64,000 bases of DNA, from contig OY740814.1 in NCBI GenBank assembly GCA_963514005.1, positions 6,758,001 to 6,822,000 on the forward strand. The letters are read 5' to 3'. The DNA is from Raja brachyura (Eukaryota). Below, one piece after another: positions 56,201-64,000 of this stretch; positions within the stretch are counted from its first letter, which is position 1, and each line of letters opens with the position of its first letter. The notes beneath the pieces were generated by a model that ran no database searches, had not been told where the DNA came from, and was given only the letters and a program-made list of their open reading frames with translations. Both the position numbers and the translations under genes were made by a program.

Positions 56201-56264
56201 TGCGTATGAATTAAAATCTTATACAGAGTTTCCAACAAACCCTCATTTCTCAGCACGCTGTTAG
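26054..56264 (+). CDS. ATOSA: ATOSA/FAM214A (Atos homolog A), spliced CDS of 11 exons, missing its first few codons; about 1002 aa from DTIDEY to FSARC*
   Basis: join(26054-26238,26475-26680,28194-28319,29069-30662,36408-36536,40582-40661,41861-41966,46979-47137,47385-47453,50924-51123,56111-56264) = 3008 nt. All introns are GT-AG, phases agree, and there is no internal stop. Peptides match the FAM214A sequence as I recall it: DEYFEYDAEEFL..LLITEGRTPECSVKGRTE, SLLGNFEES (DUF4210), RYLVHLRFQSSKSGKIYLHRDVRLLFSRKSMEVDSGAAYELKSYTE (Chromosome_seg domain). Confidence 0.96.
26475..26680 (+). CDS. ATOSA: ATOSA coding exon B
   Basis: ttgacag|TGT TAT CAG ... AAA CA|gtaagt; CYQARRTKSQVLVLWRNNISIMVEVMLLPDCCYSD...DPAIKQDALLLERWSLQPLPK. 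Confidence 0.95.
28194..28319 (+). CDS. ATOSA: ATOSA coding exon C
   Basis: TACTAAC branch point at 28154-28160; cttaag|A ACT GGA ... TAC CG|gtgagt; TGDRFIEEKSLLQAVRSYVFFSQLSAWLSASQGAVPRNILY. Confidence 0.95.
28470..28770 (+). mobile_element. CR1-type 3' fragment
   Basis: gtaggggaatcaaggactagagg...gagctgccagaggaagtagtt...ggatatgggccaaat...cctgtttccatgctatatgac. Confidence 0.75.
29069..30662 (+). CDS. ATOSA: ATOSA large coding exon D (1594 nt)
   Basis: tttag|A ATA AGT GCA ... CAA ACT|gtaagg; covers most of the 534-aa ORF 29091-30695; contains EHVFPVPNISHSLALQVSV..LPRQPSYPLLTCSIHTN and NPLIGSLLQEREEVIARIAQ. Confidence 0.93.
33900..35360 (+). mobile_element. Decayed RTE LINE (linker and RT N-terminal part), interrupted by a CR1 at 34170-34520
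   Basis: Degenerate ..ADNHEVHIFFN..NGGEL..HW..EQFEELF before the insert; EGEDMPGNL..IIMTISKKGAISNLGNNRG..LSTAG..IARSS after it (RTE motif KKGD..DCGNYRGISLLS). Confidence 0.7.
34170..34520 (-). mobile_element. CR1-type 3' fragment nested in the RTE
   Basis: catagaaacataggtgcagga tail; ORF KGLDELDAGKMVPMLGESRTRGHSLRIKGRPF. Confidence 0.88.
36408..36536 (+). CDS. ATOSA: ATOSA coding exon E
   Basis: cttgcag|AAG AAT TTT ... AGT CCT|gtaagt; KNFSKSPLRPSGNFWKKQNRRSLDGISTKVFHPCTGLPLHSSP (family motif FHPxTGLPLxSSP); absent from the ORF track. Confidence 0.93.
36640..37048 (+). mobile_element. CR1-type 3' fragment
   Basis: ttggaaagagtgcagagaagatttt...ggaatcaagaactagcggcataggttt...cctgtttccacggcatctgact. 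Confidence 0.75.
40582..40661 (+). CDS. ATOSA: ATOSA coding exon F
   Basis: ccaag|GTT CCA CCA ... AAA AG|gtattt; VPPRKKQSGYFDLDTSLQRLKGVPCK. Confidence 0.92.
41861..41966 (+). CDS. ATOSA: ATOSA coding exon G
   Basis: tttatag|C CAG AGG ... TTT GAG|gtacag; QRRYLRPENDADQGKQFLSFSAPPATSLSLLGNFE. Confidence 0.94.
42112..42424 (+). mobile_element. V-SINE (HE1-like), well preserved
   Basis: gggttcgatcccgactacggatgctgtctgtacagagtttgtacgttctccccgtgacctgcgtgggttt...tttcctcccacactccaaagacgtacagg; tail ctaatctaatctaaactaaa. Confidence 0.85.
43700..44235 (-). mobile_element. Old CR1 3' fragment containing a nested + strand CR1 tail (43767-43909)
   Basis: ATGATG at 43761-43766 and 43910-43915 flanks gttcttgattagtacgggtgtcagaggttatggggagaaggcagg...ttatgacttt. 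Confidence 0.7.
45468..45870 (-). mobile_element. Rex/Babar-type LINE 3' fragment
   Basis: Minus ORF ...ISLLQLGRRCRSLITVTSRFKNGFFPATILN (motif LPSGRRYRS..T.RFKNSFFP). Confidence 0.8.
46979..47137 (+). CDS. ATOSA: ATOSA coding exon H (DUF4210)
   Basis: ttctag|GAG TCA ATC ... TAC ATG|gtatgt; ESILNFRLEPLGAVDGFTAEVGASGTFCPSHMTLPVEVWFYSVSDDNAPSPYM. Confidence 0.96.
47385..47453 (+). CDS. ATOSA: ATOSA coding exon I
   Basis: tttatag|GGT GTG ... CAA GTG|gtaagt; GVINLESLGKRGYRVPPSGTIQV. Confidence 0.96.
47575..47785 (+). mobile_element. Penelope-like 3' end and terminal repeat
   Basis: ccattgtgggctccacc...ggcctgaaacgtcacctattccttttctccagagatgctgcctg...cagcatctgcagttctttcccacac. Confidence 0.72.
47905..48248 (+). 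mobile_element. CR1-type 3' fragment
   Basis: ORF ESRTRRHWIKLRGER...TTFKRYLDRYMDR. Confidence 0.8.
49706..49780 (+). mobile_element. Probable Tc1/mariner Tigger-like terminal inverted repeat
   Basis: TA|CAGTCTACCCTCGTTATCATGGACCTCTTTATAACGGATTTTGGTTATTGCG, followed by a GC-richer interior to about 50330; no partner TIR found. Confidence 0.5.
50365..50700. mobile_element. Penelope-like fragment: inverted terminal repeat abutting an ORF end and C-rich 3' UTR
   Basis: gacacgaggaattggagatgttggc...ggtcgggagtcctcccttcaga, then atgaacatcgaattcttcaattttaag and a C-rich tract. Confidence 0.7.
50924..51123 (+). CDS. ATOSA: ATOSA coding exon J
   Basis: tttcag|ACC TTA TTC ... TTG AG|gtaacg; TLFNPNKTVVKMFVVIYDLREMPANHQTFLRQRTFSVPVK...EERILRYLVHL. 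Confidence 0.96.
51258..52110. mobile_element. Cluster of four Penelope-like terminal repeats (about 51258-51370, 51520-51632, 51660-51800, 52015-52107)
   Basis: Repeated ctgaagaaggg...gaaa and gatgctgcctga..ctgagttcctccagcac motifs in both orientations. Confidence 0.75.
52533..52670 (+). mobile_element. CR1 3' tail, (CTATTGT)n subfamily
   Basis: ggatatggggagaaggcaggaacggg...ggctcgaagggccgaatggccaactcctgcacctattgtctattgtctatt. Confidence 0.85.
52770..53732. mobile_element. Penelope-like terminal repeats (52770-52897; palindromic 53493-53732)
   Basis: ggtctcgacccgaaacgttgcc...gatgctgcctgacccgctgagttcctccagcactttg, plus an inverted partner. Confidence 0.7.
53869..54620 (-). mobile_element. 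Young CR1-type LINE 3' fragment with an uninterrupted 211-aa ORF2 C-terminus
   Basis: QRDLGVMVHQSLKV...LYRVLVRPHLEYCVQFWSP...RRLRGDLIETYKILKG; tail atagaaacatagaaaaataggtgcagg. Confidence 0.93.
55203..55680 (-). mobile_element. Rex/Babar-type LINE 3' fragment
   Basis: Tail tttagttagtttattgtcac; minus ORF SGCITAWFGNSSIQDRKKLQ. Confidence 0.78.
56111..56264 (+). CDS. ATOSA: ATOSA last coding exon K
   Basis: atctag|G TTC CAG ... CGC TGT TAG; FQSSKSGKIYLHRDVRLLFSRKSMEVDSGAAYELKSYTEFPTNPHFSARC*. Confidence 0.96.
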
Positions 56265-56920
56265 CAACCTTTGTATTCCTTAGGACATATTTTCTGGGGG
56301 TTTTTTCTGGCGAATGGTACATGTTCAGCTAATTCATGGAAATAAAATAATGCACAATACGTAATTGTGATAAATTATTGGTACTAGTCATTTAGAACCC
56401 CAGCACCTATTAGACAGTGGGCCAGTCTTGTGTAAGTGTTTTAAATAAAATCCCTTGTACTTCAAGCAAGCAGAAGACTGGAATGAAAACCATGTTGTCC
56501 TGATATTATCTGTACTGTTACAATGGAAGTCACAAACCACTTTATTGGATGTGTTGCAATAGTAAAAACAAGAAGTAGTTTAGTGTTGAAACATTCTATT
56601 TTATTTGTCTTTTATTTAATATTTAAATTAATGTTTCACTTATTGGACAGATGATTTTTTTTTGTCCTGTTTAGTGTTATTATATAGCCTAAAGTTCTCT
56701 ATGTAAAATCATACTCTGTATTTTTTTGACATGGTTAATACTCAAATATACAAATATATGTAAATCTGTGTCTGTCTGTCCATGACTGTGTGTTCATAGA
56801 AACATTGAAGCAAAAATGTCCTCAGTCACTTCTGTTAGCTGTGAATCTAGTTCACAGTAGCGTGTTTTATCGTCACTTCCAAAATTTAATTAATAGATCC
56901 ATTAATAGATATCTGCCTTT
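56265..56920 (+). other. Probable ATOSA 3' UTR (end uncertain)
   Basis: AT-rich stretch with no recognisable repeat after the stop codon; AATAAA at 56341-56346 and 56444-56449. Confidence 0.6.
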
Positions 56921-58049
56921 TCATTAATATGTAAGAGTCATAGTCATAGATTCATACAGCACAGAAAGAGGCCCTTCAGACCAACTCGTACATGCTGACC
57001 AAGTTGACCCATTTAAGCTAGTGCCATTTGCGTGCGTTTGACCTGTATCCCTACATCTGGTCAAAGGCCTTGAGTGTGGAATTAGCAATAACACCCTCAC
57101 ACTTTGAAATAGTATTAACATGAAGTGTTGGCAAGTGGAGGGCGTAGGGGGTGAGAACTCCAGCTTCCAGCCTTGACCACCTTTATGGATGTATTTCTCG
57201 CAACCATTTTACTGTAACCATTTTCCCAGTACTTTAAAGCTCTGCTCTCTAATATTTGATTTTTCCATCCCATAGGTTTCAATTCTCATTCCCTTGCATT
57301 GTGTAATGTGCATATTAAATGTTGGGGGCGTATAATAGAAGTTTGTAGTTGATACAAAAAGTTTCAATGTAATCGAGGAAATCGTTTGAGTGTAGGCAAG
57401 ATTAGATGGTTGTATCAGTTGGGTAGAAAAATGGGAGATGGTATTTAGTCAGAAGAATAACGCAATGGAGATCCAAGGAACTGCAGATGCTCGAATCTTT
57501 AGCAAAGTGAACAGGCAACGTTTTGGATCAGGAGCTGTCAGATCGAAATGTCGTCTGTCCTTGCCCTCATCAAATGCTGCCTGAGCTGCTGAGTTAATCT
57601 AGCATTTTGTGTTTTGCTCAAGAATAAGATGTTTTTGGACTGGTCCAGCATAGCTAAATATATATTGAATGCAATAATATTGAGTAGACTGAAGGAACAG
57701 AGGGACTTTGGTCTGTGTGTCCACAGATCCATATCAGTGGCAGGACACTGTATGACCTGGTTCTAAGGTCATAGTGTGCTTTACTCTATTAGCTGAGACA
57801 CAGAATGTTAGTGCTAGAATTACGAACAACACCAGTTGGGGGTTTTGACCTGAAGGTGAGGCAAACCATTGAATGTAAACAAATATACATTGCATCATTC
57901 GTTCCATTTCGTGAGAGTTTAACAACTCCATAAACCCAAGTACTGTTATGGAAATTGTAAGCTCGAGATCAACAACCTCATGAAGAACACGCAGCACATC
58001 AAGCGTCATCTGTGAAGAGAAAAACATTTTAGATTGGTGACCTTTCGTA

Positions 58050-58330
58050 ACAGTGATGCTGCGGTAGAGTTGCTGCCTTACAGTGTCGGAGACTCGGGTT
58101 CGATCCTGACTACGGGTGCTGTTTGTTCGGAGTTTGCACGTTCTCCCTGTGACCACATGGGTTTTTTCTGTGTGTTCCAGTTCCCTCCCACATTCGAAAG
58201 ATGTGCCGGTTTGTAGGTCAATTGACCTTTGTAAGTTGTCCCTAGTGTGTAGGATGATCGTTGATCACGTGGATTCAGTGGGTGAAGAGTCAGTTTCCAC
58301 GCTATATCTCTAAACTACACTATACTAAGG
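58050..58330 (+). mobile_element. V-SINE (HE1-like)
   Basis: gcggtagagttgctgccttacagtgtcggagactcgggttcgatcctgactacggg...ggagtttgcacgttctccctgtgacc. Confidence 0.82.
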
Positions 58331-58494
58331 AAAGTTAGTAATGTAATAACTTTCAAGTATGCACTGACATTGAAAAATGAGGAAAGGGTGAAATGAACTA
58401 ACAGGAAACTTCCTGTAAATGGGTGGAAACCAAAGTGATTAAATGTTTGGCAGGATTATAATACAAGATTTATTAACTCTGCATTTCTCTACAA

Positions 58495-58928
58495 CGATGC
58501 AGAAGAGATTCACCAGGATGTTACCTGAGCTTGTGGGCTTGAGTTATAGGGAGCGGTTGGAGAGGCTAGGACTCTTTTCTTTGTGGGAGGTGTAGGAGGC
58601 TGAAGGATTACTTTTTTGAAGTGCACAAGATCATGAAGGGCATGGATTAAGTGAGTGTATGATGGTCTTTTTCCCCTCGGTAGAGGATTCTAAGCCTAGA
58701 GGTCATAGGCTTATGGTGACGGGATAGAATTGAGAAAACCCTCAACAGGTAACATTTTCACTATAGAAGCAGATACAATTCTGATTATTGGAAGACGTTT
58801 GGGCAGAGGTATGGATAGGAAGGATTTAAACGGATATGGGCCACATCAAAGCAATATGATGCCAACTTGTTCGACATGAAGAGATTGGGCCAAAGGGTCT
58901 GTTTCCATGCTGTACAGCTCTGTGACTG
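58495..58928 (+). mobile_element. CR1-type 3' fragment
   Basis: tgcagaagagattcaccaggatgttacctg...ggatatgggccac...ctgtttccatgctgtacagctctgtgact. Confidence 0.75.
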
Positions 58929-59538
58929 TGCAGTCCATCCCATTGTGATATTGAAATATTTCTAGCATATTCTGTTTTTATTTTAGATCTCCAGTATCTA
59001 AAACATTTTTTTATTTTAATTTAGACATCTAAGAGTCCGTCTGGGCTTTTGTGGCAACTTGATCAGTTAACTTGAGTGGTTGGAACAAAATAATTAAATA
59101 TATATGTAGATAATTCTGAAATAGTAGATTAACTCTAAACCTATAGATTATTGTAAACTTTAATAGTTAAATTCAATGGTACTTTAATACCACGTGCGAA
59201 GTGCAAACGCACCGTGAAATGCTACATGATCCTTTCTGAATTATTTTATCACATTGATAAAATGGGAAAATTGTGTTGCTTGTTGGTCTTTAGGAAAGCT
59301 GCCCAGAAATATTGAGTGATCTCTGGAATTTATTTCACCCGTACCAATCCCAGGGATTGCTTCTCCATGAACACCAGAAAAAGTAATCTTGTCAAACTGC
59401 TTGTATTCTCACAGGAAGATACAATGATGACATAAATAACATTTGGATAGATATATAAACAGTAAGGGTTTAGTGGGTTATGGGTTCACGCAGGCAAATG
59501 GAAATAACCTGTCACAATTTTTTTTGATGGACCTGTTG

Positions 59539-60062
59539 CATAGAGTGATACAGTATGGAAACAGGTCCTGCGGCCCAACTTGCCCACACTAATCCCAGCT
59601 ACGCTAATCCCATCTGCCCGTGTTTGGTCCATATCCCTGCAAACCTGTCATATTCATGTACCTGTCTAACTGTTTCTTAAATGTTGGGATAATTCCTGCC
59701 TCATCTACCTCCTCTGGCAACTTCTTCCATGCACCAACCGCCCTTTGTGTGGAAAAAGTTACCCCTCAGATTCCTATTAATTTATTTTCCCCTTCACCTT
59801 AAAACTATGTCCTCTGGTCCCTAATTCACCTACTCTGAGCAAGAGACTCTGTGCATCTACCGATCTATTCCTCTCATGATTTTATACACCCCAATAAGAC
59901 CACCCTTCATCCTTCTGCGCTCCATGGAATAGTCCCAGCCTACTCAACCTCTCCCTATAGCTCACACCCTCTAGCCCTGGCAACATCCTTGTAAATCTTC
60001 TTTGTACCCTTTCCAGCTTGAGAACATCTTTCCTATAACATGGTGCAGAGTACTGAACCCAA
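59539..60062 (-). mobile_element. CR1-type 3' fragment
   Basis: Minus ORF VQYSAPCYRKDVLKLERVQRRFTRMLPGLEGVSYRERLSRLGLF. Confidence 0.85.
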
Positions 60063-60136
60063 TAAGCACATCTTTGCAAGGATTAGATCCCAGATTTCGC
60101 CATTGCTATTTGGGATTTCCTTTTAACATCACTTTT

Positions 60137-60750
60137 GTCTAAAGAAGGGTCTCGACCCGAAACGTCATCCATTCCTTCTTTCCAGAGATGCTGCCTGTCG
60201 TGCTGAATTACTCCAGCAGTTTGTGTCTACGGTGTAAACCAGCATCTGCAGGTTTTTCCTACACATTCCTAAACAATTTAGTTTATTGTCACGTGTATTG
60301 AGGTACAGTGAAAAGCTTTTGTTGCGTGCTGACCAGCCAGCGAAAAGACAATACATGATTACAATCGAGCCATCCAGTGACACAACATAGATACAAGCAT
60401 CTGCAGATGTTGGAATCTTGAGCAAAACACAAAGTGCTAGAGGAACCTAGTGCGTCAGGCAGCATCTGTAGAGCAAATGGGCTGGTGATGTTTTGGGTCA
60501 GGACCCTTCTTCAGACTCATGAAGTCGTGGGGGGGGGGGGAGATAAATGGAATTGAGCGGCAGGAGTTGGGCATAGCCTGGCAACAGATAGATGGATACA
60601 GGTGAAGGGGGTGATTGCCAGATGGGTGGAGTAAATGGCAAAGACTTGAGGTGAAAAGGAGACTGGTATCCGATATAGAGAGAAGAGGAGTGAAATGTAA
60701 AGCTGGACGGAGAAATATAGGTGGAACACTGCTTCCCAATAATAAAATAT
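60137..60750. mobile_element. Penelope-like repeat (+, 60137-60265), Rex-like tail (60275-60390) and Penelope-like repeat with UTR (-, 60395-60750)
   Basis: ctaaagaagggtctcgacccgaaacgtcatcc; tttagtttattgtcacgtgtattgaggtacagtg; gatgttttgggtcaggacccttcttcagactc. Confidence 0.72.
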
Positions 60751-61139
60751 ATAAAGCGCATTGCATCTGGCACAGTTGTGTTTTTTTAAACCAATTGTTG
60801 TGGTCCAGAGATAGTAGTGTTTATTTAGGTCACCTTGTGTCCTCCCTCTCCCTTTCACCCTCTCAGGTCCTTATGCAATTTCCAGATGGTAAAATCACTA
60901 AAATGATCAGCTCTCTGCTGATACTAATCCCAAGGCCACTGATGCAATCAGATTGCAGTGTGCAATCCAGATAATGCGCAGGCTGTCTGAACATCTATTT
61001 ATCTCAATTCTGCCCTATAATTGTGTCCTGTGAAATGGCTTGGCTCATTTCACTATGTTAAAAGGCCTGGATAGATACATGTAAATAAAAGAAGTATTAC
61101 AACAAAGGTAGTATTGAAAATAATGTAATTTTATGGATT

Positions 61140-61680
61140 TTGATAGAGAGTATACTGACTGGTTGCATCACAGCCAGGCATAGAATGCCAAGGAACAATG
61201 GAGACAGCAGAAAGAGGTAGACACTGCCCGGTCCATCACAGGTACTAACCTCCCCACCATCAGATGGATCTACAAGAGGCACTGCCTCAAAAAACAGCCA
61301 ATATCATCAAAGGCCCGCACCATCTTGGCCATGCTCGCATCTCACTGCTACCATCAGGAAGAAGGTACAGGAGCCGGAAAACCATGACCATAAGGTTCAA
61401 GAACATCCTCTGCCCAGCAACCACCAGGCTCTTAAACTCTGCACAATACTAACTTCAGCAACTATGATCTTCTGTGGACTGTGTCTTTGGTTACGTATGG
61501 ACTTGGGTTTTTGTACTCTTGTGGTCATCTAGCATACAGTTATTAATTTATTAAATTAAATCATTGATTATAATATGTTCTGTGTGTATTCATTTACAGG
61601 TCTGTTAAGCTGCAGCAAATAAGAATTTAATTATCCTGTTGTCAGTAGATATGGCATTTAAACATTTCAGTCTTGAAGCA
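61140..61680 (+). mobile_element. Rex/Babar-type LINE 3' fragment
   Basis: ESILTGCITA...ANIIKGPHHLGHARISLLPSGRRYRSRKTMTIRFKNILCPATTRLLN. Confidence 0.85.
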
Positions 61681-61804
61681 AAAAGTCAACTGCCACCTTA
61701 GTTGCAGGTTTGAGGGGCTAAATGACTGAAGGTCATTGAACTGAATTGTTTCTCCCCTCCCCTTTTCCCCCTACTCTCTCACCCCTTGTCTGGTGTTATT
61801 GATG

Positions 61805-62447
61805 ACAGGCAGTGGCTGCAGCTTTTCCTCCTGTCTTCCCCACCGTCTGATTTTATTTTAAACATGCAGCAGCTGCAGTTTTTTCCCCTTTCTCTCTCCC
61901 CCATTGTCTGATTTCATTTCAGTTGTGCAGTAGCTGCAGGGGTTTCCTCTCCTCCCCCATTGTTTGATTTTATTTCAGCTGAGCAGCAGCTGCAGCTTTT
62001 ACCTTTTTCTTTCTCTCTCTCTTTCCCTCCCTCCCTCTCACTCACTGTCTGATTTTCAGACTTATTGCATTTCCCCCCCTTCTTTCCCCACCACACAGTC
62101 TTCATTTTATTTCGGACTCACTGCATCTTTCCCCTCCCCATCCCATTCTCTTCCAAGCCCCACTGTCGGATTTAATCTCAGACGGGCAGCAACTGCAGCC
62201 TTTTCTCCTCTCTCCCACACTGTTTGATTTTATCTCAGAAGTGCAGCGTCTGCAGTTTTTTTCCCTTTTCTCGTCTCTCCTCTCCTCCACTGTCTTATTT
62301 TACCTAAGACGTGCAGCGTCTCCAACTTTTTCCCTCTTCTCTCTCCCACTGCCTTACTTTATCTCAGACGTGCAACGACTCCAACTTTTCCCCCCTCTTC
62401 TTCTCCCACTGTCTGATTTTATCTCAGACGGGCAGCATCTGCAGTTG
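61805..62447 (+). repeat. Degenerate tandem array, about 10-11 units of 55-85 bp
   Basis: Unit: GCAGCnnCTGCAG - variable polypyrimidine - CACTGTCTGATTTTATCTCAGAC. Confidence 0.85.
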
Positions 62448-62880
62448 GTGCTCCCTCGCCACGTGACTGCGTTGCTCCTCTGCGACGGGAGAGGGCGCTT
62501 CCAACGTCGGGCAGACTACATCTCCCAGAATCCCATTCGGAACAGGTCAACGACCAAACAATTGTGAAGTTAATCGAAAAAACCCCAAAATATTGATATA
62601 ATACGCCGCGGTTTAAAAGTGGAGGGGAGCGCGTAAATGAAATTTTAAATCTGTGTTCAGTCGGCAGTGAGGGAAAGGTTGTGAAGGGTCTAGAACAAGG
62701 TGACGTAATGAATGGGCGGGCGCGCGTGCGCGGTGGGGCGGCGGTGCGGAGGGATACGCGCGGGCACGGCGGCGGCGAGCGCGGCCATGGCGGATCAACA
62801 CGCGGCGGTGAGCAGGCGGGGGGACGCGGCGGCGGCGGCTCGAGAGCGGCAGGTGTGGGGGGGGGGGACAGCGGGGAGTA
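62440..62880 (+). promoter_or_regulatory. CpG-island promoter of the next gene
   Basis: High CpG density. E-box CACGTG 62460-62465; ZNF143/THAP11-type GACTACATCTCCCAGAATCCC 62514-62534; CRE-like TGACGTAA 62701-62708; GC box GGGCGGG and NRF1-like GCGCGTGCGC at about 62714-62731. Confidence 0.85.
62787..62852 (+). CDS. Probable first coding exon of the downstream gene (candidate ARPP19): MADQHAAVSRRGDAAAAARERQ
   Basis: Strong Kozak context gcggccATGG inside the CpG island; phase-0 donors GCG|gtgagc (after 62807) and CAG|gtgtgg (after 62852). Identity rests on remembered FAM214A-ARPP19 synteny, not on sequence similarity. Confidence 0.55.
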
Positions 62881-63345
62881 GAGGCTGGGGATGAGGCCTG
62901 GGGGTTCGCCTGGTGGGCATGAGAGATTGAGGGGGGGGGGGGGGTAGAGAGGGACCATTGAGGCTGGAAGGGACAGAGGCAGGGGGTGAGGGGGCAGAGG
63001 GAGGGGGGAGGACAGTGGGGGTGGGGGTGGGGGAGGACAAGCTGGGGATTAGAGAGACTGGACGGAGGGAGGTCAGGGGACAGGGCTGAGGGGGAGGTGA
63101 TGGTGGAGGAGAGAGGCAGTGTGGGGAGGGATAGGGGGTGGGGGGAGAGTGATTTTGGGGGGAGGGAGGATGGGAGAGATGCAGTGTGGGGAGGGAGGGG
63201 TTTGAAGGTGGGAGGGAGATAGGGTGGAACAGATGGCGTTGGAGGGGTGGGGGGGGGAGTAGGATTAGTGGTGGGTGGGGGCATGTTTGGCAGGGACGTG
63301 TGGGGTGAGAAGGGGGTGGGGGTGCTGATGAGGGAGTACAGGGTC
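62853..63345 (+). other. G-rich low-complexity tract (G-quadruplex-prone), probably intron 1 of the downstream gene
   Basis: Many runs of 3 or more G with short spacers. Confidence 0.7.
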
Positions 63346-63674
63346 TTTTGAATATTTTATTATTATGTGGGAGGTTACAATGTATAAGTTTGTTGTCCTT
63401 TCTACATTATAAGTCATTGCCTTTCAGTTGTGCTGCAATATTAATTTTTAAATCTTCCGCATCCTCTAATGTCTTGACATGTGTTTATGCAGTAATCACA
63501 AGGAATGTTTTAATGCCTGTTCGAACAGGTTCTTCCACCCCAAGTATCTGTTCCCTCGCTTCAAAATTTGCACGTCTTGTATTTTGGCAAGAATACGAGT
63601 GAATATAACTTGTTCTATTTCATCTTGTGCCCAGCTAGTTCATCAGTCATTCTCTCTGTAGATCCCATGGTTGC

Positions 63675-64000
63675 ACAAGGAACTACAGATGTTGATCAGA
63701 ACATAGTGCTGGGGGAATGCAGCTGGTCAGGAAGCATCTGTGGAGGGAATGGACAGATGACATTTCGGGTCTGGACCTTGAAGATGTCAGTCTGTCCATT
63801 CCCTGCACAGATCTTGCTTCACCTACTGAGTTCACGGGCCTTGACCTGAAACATCACTCATTCCCTCTCTCCAGACAAGCTGCGCTACTCTGTCCCGCTG
63901 AGTTACTCCAGCATTTTGTGTCTATCTTTGGTTTAAACCAGCATCTGCAATTCCTTCCTACACACACAAGTTCTTTCAGCACTTTGTTTTCTGCCCCAGA
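63675..64000. mobile_element. Penelope-like terminal repeats in palindromic/nested arrangement
   Basis: cacaaggaactacagatgttg...gacatttcgggtctggacc, then gacctgaaacatcactcattcc...ctgagttactccagcattttgtgtctatc...cagcatctgcaattccttcctacac. Confidence 0.72.

Noticed and set aside
61805-62447. CRISPR array (palindromic repeats with variable spacers)
   Set aside because: Vertebrate context with no cas genes; repeats are degenerate and spacers are low-complexity pyrimidine tracts of variable length.
62419-63284. Proline-rich minus-strand ORFs (179 aa and 223 aa)
   Set aside because: By-products of GC/G-rich low-complexity sequence that lacks stop codons; no domain recognised.

Overview
Eukaryotic (vertebrate) genomic DNA, most likely an elasmobranch (shark/skate/ray). 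This is inferred from HE1/V-SINE-type SINEs, CR1-type LINE tails and abundant Penelope-like repeats. The + strand carries 11 GT-AG coding exons (26054-56264) that splice in frame into about 1002 aa of ATOSA/FAM214A; the exon holding its start codon could not be identified. The introns are dense with CR1, RTE, Rex/Babar and Penelope-like fragments. About 25 Penelope terminal-repeat copies carry a minimal hammerhead-ribozyme-like core, several as palindromes, one with a perfect 16-bp target-site duplication. The window ends with a hairpin-bearing tandem array, a CpG-island promoter (ZNF143/THAP11, E-box, CRE, GC box) and a probable first coding exon of the next gene (ARPP19 by remembered synteny only). 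Exon boundaries were read base by base; repeat boundaries are approximate and family names come from recalled motifs, not database searches.
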